A stretch of DNA of 64,000 bases from Caulobacterales bacterium (GTDB lineage Bacteria; Pseudomonadota; Alphaproteobacteria; Caulobacterales; Caulobacteraceae), in NCBI GenBank assembly GCA_044445825.1, contig JBIOEG010000003.1, positions 7,267 through 71,266 on the forward strand, in the 5' to 3' direction. Below are positions 56,457-64,000 of the stretch, one piece after another. The notes below the pieces were generated by a model, which did no database searches, had not been told where the DNA came from, and was given only the letters and a program-made list of their open reading frames with translations. The stretch's first letter is position 1, and the number at the start of each line of letters is the position of its first letter. The translations under genes and the position numbers were made by a program.

Positions 56457-56822
56457 ATGATCAAGCTAACCTTCGTTCTCACGCGTCGGCCGGACTTCAC
56501 GCGCGAGAGCTTCCAGGCCTACTGGTTCGACCACCACGCTCCGCTGGTGGCCAGCGTTCGCGAGGCGCTGCGCATCCGCCGCTATGTCCAGTTGCACAGC
56601 CTGCCGGCGGAGGTCTCGGCTGATCTGCGCGCCAGCCGGGGCGGGCCGGAGGGCTACGACGGCGTCGCCCAGCTCTGGTGGGACAGCTTCGACGTTCTCG
56701 CCGCCCAGGCGGGCGACGCCGCCGCCCGCGAGGCCGGGCGCATGCTGCTGGAGGACGAACGCAAGTTCATCGACCTCTCCCGCTCGCCGCTCTGGTGGGG
56801 TGAGGAGAAGGTGATCTTTTGA
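56457..56822 (+). CDS. EthD domain protein
   Basis: YWFDHHAPL, YDGVAQLWWDS and DERKFID. Confidence 0.85.
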   Translation: MIKLTFVLTRRPDFTRESFQAYWFDHHAPLVASVREALRIRRYVQLHSLPAEVSADLRASRGGPEGYDGVAQLWWDSFDVLAAQAGDAAAREAGRMLLEDERKFIDLSRSPLWWGEEKVIF

Positions 56823-56861
56823 GGATCGCGGCTCCACAAGTGCGAGGCCGCATCCGCGCGG

Positions 56862-56907
56862 TGGTGGGCGGCGAGGGGATCGAACCCCCGACCTCCTGGG
56901 TGTAAAC
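56862..56907 (-). other. 3' fragment of tRNA-Val(TAC), interpreted as the att site of an integrated element
   Basis: Reverse complement GTTTACACCCAGGAGGTCGGGGGTTCGATCCCCTCGCCGCCCACCA has the anticodon loop, T-arm and CCA but no D-arm or 5' acceptor strand. Confidence 0.85.
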
Positions 56908-57081
56908 CTGAGGGTGCCGACCTGAAGCCGATATTGCCGCGAGCTGCCAGGAGTTGCCACGGCCTGCAGAGAGCCTCCCAAACCATTGAGTTACATATGA
57001 CTCCAAGGCATTCAGACAGCCACCGCCCTGCCCTTCGAGTTGCCTCGACTTGCCGAGGGATTCCCTCCACTTCCGCTTCCG

Positions 57082-57122
57082 TGGTATCGGGCTGGTATCG
57101 GAACTGTCAAGCCAGGTATCGG
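57082..57122 (+). repeat. Three GGTATCGG direct repeats, putative integrase arm-type sites
   Basis: Copies at 57083-57090, 57094-57101 and 57115-57122, between att and the integrase start. Confidence 0.6.
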
Positions 57123-57130
57123 AGGCGACT

Positions 57131-58489
57131 ATGGAGAGCCGGAAAGCGAGGATCGGCAAACGCACGGTCGACGCAGTGCAGAAGCCCGCTGAAGGCGAGG
57201 TCCGGCTATGGGACACCGAGCTCAAAGGGTTCTTCCTTCGCGTCTACGCCAGCGGACGGCGCGTCTATGCGCTCAAGTATCGCGCGGGTCCGGTGCAGCG
57301 CATCTTCACCATTGGCGTACACGGCTCGCCCTGGACGCCGGACATGGCGCGCGAAGCTGCTGACGTCGCGTTGCAGCAGATCAAGGACGGCGAAGACCCA
57401 ACGACTGAGAAGAAGGAAGCCCGCCACGCGATGACGGTAGCTGGCCTCATCGACGCCTACCTTGCAGACGGCCCAGCGACCAAGCCCGCAAAGCGCGCCT
57501 CCACCTGGGCGAACGACGGGTCACACCTCAAGAGGCACATCCTGCCGCTACTCGGCCGGAAGGTCGCAATGGCGGTCACCAAGGCCGACGCCGCAAAAGC
57601 ACTGTCAGATGTAGTGGCCGGCAAAACCGCAGTTGACGAAAAAACGCGCGCTCGCGGCCGAGCCAGGGTCACGGGAGGCGCCGGCGTCGCCCGAAACACT
57701 CGAATGACGGCAGCGGCCATGTATGCCTGGGGTATCGAGCACCGCCTGATCAAAGCCGGAAACCCGTTCTCGACTGTCAGACTCGCCGCGGCGCCGCTGC
57801 GCGAACGCTTCCTGAGCCGCGCCGAGGCCGGCCGAATGCTCGACGCCATCGTCGCGCTTGAGGGGGAGAAGGCACTTTCGAAGACCTTCGGCGACGCCTT
57901 GCGCCTCCTGCTGCTCACTGGCGCCCGCAAGAGCGAGATCCTGGGTCTGCGGTGGTCTGAGGTCGACTTCGACCGGAAGGCGCTTCTGCTTCCTCCGGAA
58001 CGCACGAAGGCGGGCGGTAAGACGGGTGAGCGTCGGATCACCTTGTCACCGCCCGCGCTCACGATCCTGTCTGCACGCGAGACCGCAGAAAAAGCGGCCC
58101 TCAAGGCTGCAGACGATGCCAAGGAGCCCGTCTTGCCGTCCCCCTATGTGTTCAGAGCCTATCGAGGGCATGGACCGGCAGTCGGCCTCCGCAAGGCGTT
58201 CGCTGCGGTGTGCGGACGAGCGGAGCTTCCCGGCCTGCGGATTCACGACCTGCGGCACAGCTTCGCCAGCTTTGCGATCGCCGACGGCGCGAGCCTGTTC
58301 CTCGTCGGCAAGCTGCTCGGCCACGCCAACGCGCGAACAACGGAGCGCTACGCCCACCTCTCCAACGACCCGTTGCAGGATGCAGCCGCGTTGGTCGGCC
58401 GGCGGATCATGGGAGACCGCCCAGCTAACGCCAACGACGGGAGGAAGAAAGCCCGGACGCGGCCGCCAAGCCTGCGTAACCTTCCATGA
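57131..58489 (+). CDS. int: Tyrosine integrase with an N-terminal arm-DNA-binding domain
   Basis: LWDTELKGFFLRV arm domain; TGARKSEI (R), HDLRH (HxxR), LGH and ERYAH (Y). Confidence 0.95.
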   Translation: MESRKARIGKRTVDAVQKPAEGEVRLWDTELKGFFLRVYASGRRVYALKYRAGPVQRIFTIGVHGSPWTPDMAREAADVALQQIKDGEDPTTEKKEARHAMTVAGLIDAYLADGPATKPAKRASTWANDGSHLKRHILPLLGRKVAMAVTKADAAKALSDVVAGKTAVDEKTRARGRARVTGGAGVARNTRMTAAAMYAWGIEHRLIKAGNPFSTVRLAAAPLRERFLSRAEAGRMLDAIVALEGEKALSKTFGDALRLLLLTGARKSEILGLRWSEVDFDRKALLLPPERTKAGGKTGERRITLSPPALTILSARETAEKAALKAADDAKEPVLPSPYVFRAYRGHGPAVGLRKAFAAVCGRAELPGLRIHDLRHSFASFAIADGASLFLVGKLLGHANARTTERYAHLSNDPLQDAAALVGRRIMGDRPANANDGRKKARTRPPSLRNLP

Positions 58490-59013
58490 CGCGGCCGCGC
58501 AAAGGCGAGCACCACGTCGCCGAGCTGGCGATCCTGATCGCGGACGCTGAGCCGTTGGGTCGTGACCTGACTAGCGCTTCGCCAACGGTGCGCCGGGGGA
58601 CGGAGCGCAAGCGCGACATCGCGCGAGACGAACTCATCGGAATGTATCGGGATGCTCAAGACGCAGGTCTGCTCGACAGGCTCGACCCTCGCGTGCGCCT
58701 GATCTGCGACGAGTGGCGACGGCTGAACGGAGGACTGCTGCCGCGTCGCAAGGGTGGCCGGCCGAAGAACGAACACCATCGGCTGATCATATGGCTGCGC
58801 GTCCACGACAGATCGCAGGCGGGGATGGGCATTGTCGCTGCGATGCGTGCTGTCGCTGCGGACCACCGCCCTGCCCTCACCTACGAGCACATCCGCAACA
58901 TTTGGTACGACGAAGACCCTGAGTGGGTGCGGCTGAAACAGCTGACCCTCGCCGAGCGCCGCGTTCCCCTGCGTCGGAGCCATCGAAGCGGCAAGTCGAG
59001 CACCTCCGACTAA
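58486..59013 (+). CDS. Hypothetical basic protein, translationally coupled to the integrase
   Basis: ATGA overlap; GGRPK motif and an HTH-like C-terminal region. Confidence 0.65.
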   Translation: MTRPRKGEHHVAELAILIADAEPLGRDLTSASPTVRRGTERKRDIARDELIGMYRDAQDAGLLDRLDPRVRLICDEWRRLNGGLLPRRKGGRPKNEHHRLIIWLRVHDRSQAGMGIVAAMRAVAADHRPALTYEHIRNIWYDEDPEWVRLKQLTLAERRVPLRRSHRSGKSSTSD

Positions 59014-59105
59014 CGGCTACCCTTTTTAGGAATGTACGCCTGAGCCGCCTTGAGGCTCCGATTGTTGGCCGGACCAATCCGGCTCTGCATCGGACGGCAA
59101 CAGAC

Positions 59106-59324
59106 ATGACTGCGAACCAACCCATGCCCCTGCTCTCGACGGGCGAGGCGGCGGAATATTGCGGCGCCAGCGCCTCGAGCTTCGAGAAGTATCGCGTCTA
59201 CGGCTGTGGCCCGCTCTTCATCAAATTGGGCCGGCGAGTCCGCTACGCGCGCGGCGACCTTGACGCGTGGATTGCAGCTAACCGCCGGCGATCCACGTCT
59301 GACGCTGGTAGCCAGGTCGCCTAA
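59106..59324 (+). CDS. Excisionase/AlpA-like HTH protein
   Basis: LLSTGEAAEY, GPLFIKLGRRVRY and DLDAWI; start at ATG 59106. Confidence 0.9.
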   Translation: MTANQPMPLLSTGEAAEYCGASASSFEKYRVYGCGPLFIKLGRRVRYARGDLDAWIAANRRRSTSDAGSQVA

Positions 59325-59326
59325 GA

Positions 59327-61387
59327 GTGCCACCTCAAGGGCGGCTGCCCGAAAACGGCGAGGGGGCCCCGCCCGCACAGACGAGACCCACAGCACACGA
59401 TAGCTCACTTGGCAGCCAGCAATTCAAGCATATCACGAGGAAGCGATTGCTCGAAGGGGCGCTCAATCTGGCCGGACGCGGATTCTCTGTATTCCGCCTA
59501 GCAAAGGGAACGAAGGTTCCCGCGTTCAAGGGCTGGCAGGCCGAGGCCACGACTGATGCGGATCAAATCCGCCGCTGGTGGGCCGAGGCAGACTACAACA
59601 TCGGCGTTCGGACTGGGAACGGTCTGCTAGTTCTGGACATCGACAAGAATGGGAAGCCAGGCCCTGAATCGCTCAAATCCCTGGCCCTGACGCAAGACGA
59701 CTATCAGACGTTCGTCGTCCGCACAGCCTCGGGCGGCTACCACATGTACTTCGAGACCGCAGAGCCGTTCGGCAACTCACCGGGCGACCTTGGCCCAGGG
59801 CTCGACGTGCGCGGGGCCGGTGGCTATGTCGTTGGTCCTGGTTCCGTTCTCTCAAACGGTTCGGCGGGTGGCGCGTACACGATCACACGTGACACGCCGC
59901 TTCGCCCCCTCCCGGCACAAATTCGAGAACGGATTTACGTTCGGCGCGAGCGCGACGAACGCGCCACGCTCCCCTTAGTTGAATTGGATCGGGACGACTC
60001 GACCGAAAGAGCCGTCGACTACCTGCTGACAGTGGCGCCGCTAGCGATCGAGGGCCAGCGAGGTGAGCTGACAACCTTCAAAGTCGCCGCAGTTCTCAAG
60101 GACTTTGGCATCTCGCAGGACGCCACCGCTGGTCTGATGGACGACTACTGGAACGATCGATGTTCGCCACCCTGGGATCTGGAAGGCCTCACCCGCAAGG
60201 TTGCGAACGCCTACGAGTATGGCTGCGACCCGCCCGGCTCCGGCCATCCCTCCATTGCGTTCGCTGGCGTGCATCCGATCGCAGCACCCACGGGCGCGCC
60301 GCCTTCAAGGAGGTCGGCAATTCTGCGTTTTCTCGGGGATGTCGCCGACCGACCACCAGCGTGGCTCGTCAAGGGACTTCTCCCGAAGACAGGAGTCGCC
60401 TTGCTCAGCGGCCAGAGCCGTGTCGGCAAGACCTTTCTGGCGATTGATCTAGCCGGCGCCGTGGCCACGGCGGGTCAGTTCTTTGGACACCAGGTGAAGG
60501 AGCCCTCTGGAGTCCTGTTCATTCTGGGCGAGGGTACCGGCTCGATGGGAATGCGCATGGAAGCGCTGAGACTGCGAAAGTTGGAGGGCCTGCAGCACGA
60601 GCAGTTGCCGATCGCCTGGGTGGAAGCGGATGACCCGAGCCAAATCGCCTCCGCGATGGCCGAAGCCAACGCCGAGCTACAACACCGTTTTGGCGTTCGC
60701 CTCGGACTCGTTGTGATCGACACGCTCCCCGCGGTGTTCAACGTGACTGACGAGAACGAGGCTCACCAGGCGACAGGCGTGATGAAGCAACTTCAGCGCT
60801 TCTCGCGGGAGTATCGATGCCTGATCCTGGGCGTCACGCACTATGGCAAGAATGCAGAGTCTGGCGTGCGGGGATCGAGCGCATGGACAGCGAGCTCCGA
60901 TGTCGTCCTCGCCGCCACAGCGAAGATTAGTGAGACGACGGGGTCCGTGACGGACCGGAGATTGGCGCTCACGAAGAACCGCGACGCCGACACCGGCCCC
61001 ATCAGCGCCTTCGAATTGGAGCCGGTTCAGCTAGGGTTGGACGAGGACATGGGGTCGATCGTCTCCATGGTCGTGCGACCGTGCGCCGGCAAGGCTCGGG
61101 GAGCCAAGGTGTCGCGTCATATCCCGCTGTTGCTGGCGTGCGTGCAGGAGGTGATTGCGTCGGAGCCGACCGACGTCGGGGGTCGAGCCATGGCGGCGCG
61201 GTCCCGCGTCCGAGCCCTCTTTCGCCAGAAAGTCCCGGGGTCGAAGGACACAGGCAACGTCTCAAGGGCGTTCAGCACCGCGCTGGCCCTTGCCGGCCTG
61301 ATGGTCGAAACCATGGGGGATGGGGAGTACCTCTCCCCCCCCAGCGATGATGGCGAAACCTCCGCTGTGTGTGCTGTAGCCTCCTAG
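59327..61387 (+). CDS. Bifunctional primase/polymerase (Prim-Pol) fused to a RepA-like AAA_25 helicase
   Basis: GFSVFRL..GTKVP, NIGVRTG, VLDID, TASGGYHMYF and DVRGAGGYVV; Walker A GQSRVGKT; Walker B VVIDT; HYGK..RGSS. Confidence 0.9.
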   Translation: MPPQGRLPENGEGAPPAQTRPTAHDSSLGSQQFKHITRKRLLEGALNLAGRGFSVFRLAKGTKVPAFKGWQAEATTDADQIRRWWAEADYNIGVRTGNGLLVLDIDKNGKPGPESLKSLALTQDDYQTFVVRTASGGYHMYFETAEPFGNSPGDLGPGLDVRGAGGYVVGPGSVLSNGSAGGAYTITRDTPLRPLPAQIRERIYVRRERDERATLPLVELDRDDSTERAVDYLLTVAPLAIEGQRGELTTFKVAAVLKDFGISQDATAGLMDDYWNDRCSPPWDLEGLTRKVANAYEYGCDPPGSGHPSIAFAGVHPIAAPTGAPPSRRSAILRFLGDVADRPPAWLVKGLLPKTGVALLSGQSRVGKTFLAIDLAGAVATAGQFFGHQVKEPSGVLFILGEGTGSMGMRMEALRLRKLEGLQHEQLPIAWVEADDPSQIASAMAEANAELQHRFGVRLGLVVIDTLPAVFNVTDENEAHQATGVMKQLQRFSREYRCLILGVTHYGKNAESGVRGSSAWTASSDVVLAATAKISETTGSVTDRRLALTKNRDADTGPISAFELEPVQLGLDEDMGSIVSMVVRPCAGKARGAKVSRHIPLLLACVQEVIASEPTDVGGRAMAARSRVRALFRQKVPGSKDTGNVSRAFSTALALAGLMVETMGDGEYLSPPSDDGETSAVCAVAS

Positions 61388-61462
61388 GGTCGGCTACAGC
61401 ACACACAGCCATCAGCCTGCTGTGCTGTACTGTCGAAATACAGCCGCCGACAGCGCCACAGC
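61364..61462. repeat. 18-bp perfect inverted repeat plus ACAGC/GCTGT iterons, putative replication origin
   Basis: GCTGTGTGTGCTGTAGCC-N10-GGCTACAGCACACACAGC (61364-61409) flanks the primase stop; further GCTGT/ACAGC copies to 61462. Confidence 0.7.
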
Positions 61463-61706
61463 ACGAGGTCGGAGCTGGCCCTGGGGTGGGGGGCCGCAGC
61501 CTCGGATTGCCTGCGCGACAAAGCGTTCTTCGGTGGGAGAGAGGTCTATGCGGCGGCGCGCCTGTAGGCGCACGAGGCGCGCACGCGCGCACGCGGTCAA
61601 TTTGCCAACTGGCAAGTTCGCTTTCGCATCGGTGGCCCACCGCGCCACGCCCTCGCCGCGCTGTTATTCTGGAAGGGCCACACTCTCAATGTCCAGCACA
61701 GCCATT

Positions 61707-62426
61707 TCAGCGGTTGTCAGCCTCAGCGAACCAACTCTGCTCCAAATTCGCCGACTTCGTGTCGCCGGTGAGCAAGATGCACTCCGTTACGCCTGGCGGC
61801 GAATACGCGTCATAGCGCGTCGACACGCCGCCAATGGTGACCAAAATTGTTCGATCGTCAGGTTCGAAAGAGAAAGAACCCTTAGTTTCGACGGTCTCTT
61901 TCGCAGTGAGAATGTTGTCGCCCGGGGCTGCGTTCGGGGCCAACACGGTGAGCGTCGCCTTGTCGGGTAGGTCCAGGTCTAGTTCGCGTTTCGAAGTTGG
62001 GTCCGTGAACAAGCTGCACTCTTCGACTATCTCATGCGCAGTCAGCGGAGCGTCCGGACCAGGGAACGCTGCGGGGGTCGCCCCACTAGGTTGCGCTCCT
62101 CCGTCTCGCGCGTAGGCCCTGCATCCCTCAATGAAAGACCGGCTGTTTCCTCCGCACCGGTCTGGATCGGTGATGTGATGCGCCCGCGCCCACCGCCAGC
62201 CTGCCTCGTGGCCTGAGCAGTCTTGCGTACAGGCTGCCGAACCCTCGGCTTCGCGGTAGGACTGCGGTTGTCTACCGCATGAGCAGATCAGCGGTGCGAC
62301 CATGCAGACCACCGTCGTCAGCGCGATTGAACGCGCAACATCCCCCTTCCGCAGGACAGCGACGATGGACCCAACCAGTTCGAGCACGCCCCGCGGCGCG
62401 CCCTGCCTCGTCGATCCGCCAATCAC
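61707..62426 (-). CDS. Cargo protein, probable lipoprotein with a small four-Cys domain; start uncertain
   Basis: PLICSC lipobox-like motif; CTQDCSGHEAGWRWA...C...SFIEGC. Confidence 0.65.
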   Translation of the reverse strand: MIGGSTRQGAPRGVLELVGSIVAVLRKGDVARSIALTTVVCMVAPLICSCGRQPQSYREAEGSAACTQDCSGHEAGWRWARAHHITDPDRCGGNSRSFIEGCRAYARDGGAQPSGATPAAFPGPDAPLTAHEIVEECSLFTDPTSKRELDLDLPDKATLTVLAPNAAPGDNILTAKETVETKGSFSFEPDDRTILVTIGGVSTRYDAYSPPGVTECILLTGDTKSANLEQSWFAEADNR

Positions 62427-63136
62427 TGCAAGCGCCTGCCACCGAAGTAGACCTTCATGTGCGAGCCCGTGTCGCCGCGTGCACGCGTCGTGAACTCGAA
62501 CGAAGAGGCTCCAATCGTGACCTTCAGTCTGAGTGGCAGCGGTTCCCTGGCCGGCGCCTGATAGAACAACGCGCCGACCGTCGCTTCCTGCGGATCGAGC
62601 GACACGCTTGGCTGAAGCCAGGATGTCGAGGCCAAGGCGATCAACCGCCGGCCATCGCTCGCTCGAATGACAGCCCTGTTGTGTTCTCCGCGCGACGTGC
62701 CGTTGTCGAAGCCCTGGGAGAACCCCCCAGCGAAGCCTCCTGAGGGCGCTGACCTGTCGATCTGTGTTGCAGGTATCGACGTTCCGGCCAGCTCCTCGCC
62801 GAACTCCAGAAGTTGCCGGCGATCGGCCACAGCCAGCACGACGCCGTCAGCGGTGAGTAGCTTGATCACGGGAGCTGCGTTCGCTGGCGCTGACGAGAGG
62901 TTGCGGATCTTGAGAACGAGCCGGAACCCGGTCACCCCCTCATCCCATTGGCTGAGGTTGTAAGTCACCGACCAATTGGCGTCGTGCTTTTCCTCAACCA
63001 GAATGTCCCGGTCGTCGCCAAGCGCCGTGGGATCGGCTGCCCAGATGCTGGTCGCTGGGTCGTTCAGCTGCGTCCAATCCGGCATCCGCGAGCAGGCCGA
63101 CAAAGCAAGCGACATGACCAACGCGACCGGCGACAT
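62423..63136 (-). CDS. Cargo lipoprotein
   Basis: MSPVALVMSLALSAC lipobox; overlaps the downstream ORF. Confidence 0.7.
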   Translation of the reverse strand: MSPVALVMSLALSACSRMPDWTQLNDPATSIWAADPTALGDDRDILVEEKHDANWSVTYNLSQWDEGVTGFRLVLKIRNLSSAPANAAPVIKLLTADGVVLAVADRRQLLEFGEELAGTSIPATQIDRSAPSGGFAGGFSQGFDNGTSRGEHNRAVIRASDGRRLIALASTSWLQPSVSLDPQEATVGALFYQAPAREPLPLRLKVTIGASSFEFTTRARGDTGSHMKVYFGGRRLQ

Positions 63137-63327
63137 ATGCTCGTCCCTTCCGTTGCTCGACTAAGCTGCCGCGCGCACTCGCCGCGCGGCAGAGAGGCAA
63201 GCACCACCGCGAGGGGGTTCATACGCCCTGCCTGTTTGCGCCTCGATGGCAGTAGGTCGTGCTGCGAAAATCGAAGCAAGCCCGCTGACGCCTAGCACAC
63301 CCGCCGAACAACCGACAGGCGGGCGTC

Positions 63328-63585
63328 ATGGGGCGATGGGTTTCCTCGCCATCCTACCGAGCGGCGGTGCGCGTCCTCGTCGAGGCCAGGCACGTGTCCG
63401 GACTCACCCAGAGAGAGCTCGCTGTGCGGATCGGCCGACCCTACACCGTGATAGCGAACATCGAGCGGGGCGAGCGACAGATCGATGTCGTCGAGTTCGT
63501 CGCGATCGCGCGTGCGCTAGGTGTCAGCGAGGCAGAGTTGATGGCTCGCGTTGCCGACGCCATTGGACCCCAACTGGATTTTTAG
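63328..63585 (+). CDS. XRE-family HTH regulator
   Basis: GLTQRELAVRIG...IANIERGERQIDVVEF. Confidence 0.9.
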   Translation: MGRWVSSPSYRAAVRVLVEARHVSGLTQRELAVRIGRPYTVIANIERGERQIDVVEFVAIARALGVSEAELMARVADAIGPQLDF

Positions 63586-63588
63586 CAT

Positions 63589-63999
63589 CTAGGCGCGTGC
63601 GGCACCGAGCAGTGGGCTGCCGATCTGTAGCTGTCGCATGGCATTCTCCATTGCCACGGTGCGTAACCGCACCGCGGCGAGTTCGGGAGCCTCAAGCAGT
63701 CTTGCGGCCCAAGCCCCTGCCTCTCGACGAACTACGCCCAGGCTGATCGGACGCCCGATTCCGCCTGGAGACACCTCGATGGCGTGAAAGAGGCCCCAAT
63801 AGACACCGAAGGTCGCATCCTCGACGGTCGGCGCTTCTCCATTCCAAAGCACGCGGCTGACAAACGCCATAAATGGCTCGGCAAGGTACTGACCAGATCC
63901 CATTGCCACGATGTGCAGCGTGTCCGACTTCAACTCGGGCTGCATGTCGACGGGCGAGAATTCGATGAGTTCGGCTCTGTCCTCAACCACAGCAGCCAT
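63589..63999 (-). CDS. C-terminal part of a hypothetical protein, possibly proteasome-beta/Ntn-hydrolase-like; starts outside the window
   Basis: AMGSGQ..A.PF and PGGIGRPISLGVV resemble C-terminal elements of the proteasome-type fold. Confidence 0.5.
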   Translation of the reverse strand: MAAVVEDRAELIEFSPVDMQPELKSDTLHIVAMGSGQYLAEPFMAFVSRVLWNGEAPTVEDATFGVYWGLFHAIEVSPGGIGRPISLGVVRREAGAWAARLLEAPELAAVRLRTVAMENAMRQLQIGSPLLGAARA

Positions 64000-64000
64000 T

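Larger units (their letters stand above)
56862..64000. mobile_element. tRNA-Val-integrated element (IME or phage-satellite-like), extending beyond the window
   Basis: att fragment followed by integrase, excisionase-like HTH, Prim-Pol/AAA helicase, iteron-like ori and cargo; visibly less GC-biased codon usage. Confidence 0.88.

Noticed and set aside
56862-56935. Functional tRNA-Val
   Set aside because: No D-arm or 5' acceptor strand, and the anticodon stem does not pair fully; it is an att remnant
57131-64000. Complete prophage
   Set aside because: No structural, packaging or lysis genes are visible in the window; cannot be excluded beyond position 64000

Overview
High-GC alphaproteobacterial chromosome segment, most consistent with Caulobacteraceae (Caulobacter-type Flp pilin, nuoN-birA-coaX-rnj order, tRNA-Asp next to nuoA); the taxon is an inference. 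The backbone is the minus-strand complex I (nuo) operon followed by birA, type III pantothenate kinase and RNase J. The operon is split: nuoA-F lies at 49.3-54.7 kb and nuoG-N at 3.4-13.4 kb, with about 36 kb of accessory genes between them. That interval holds a hybrid kinase, a TcuA-like flavoprotein, a PQQ/heme-c alcohol dehydrogenase, an orphan Flp pilin, hydrolases, a two-gene locus (secreted protein with an NHLP-like segment plus a DUF455-like di-iron enzyme), REP-like and AACAGG repeat structures, a membrane spermidine-synthase-like gene coupled to a Tat/zinc-ribbon protein, four tandem paralogous secreted Lys/His-rich peptides, a second nuoF, two GT9 heptosyltransferases and a sulfatase. 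Right of tRNA-Asp, a 46-bp 3' fragment of tRNA-Val(TAC) marks one end of an integrative element (tyrosine integrase, excisionase-like HTH, Prim-Pol/AAA helicase, putative ori, cargo) that runs off the window. Family assignments come from motif recognition only; no database searches were run.
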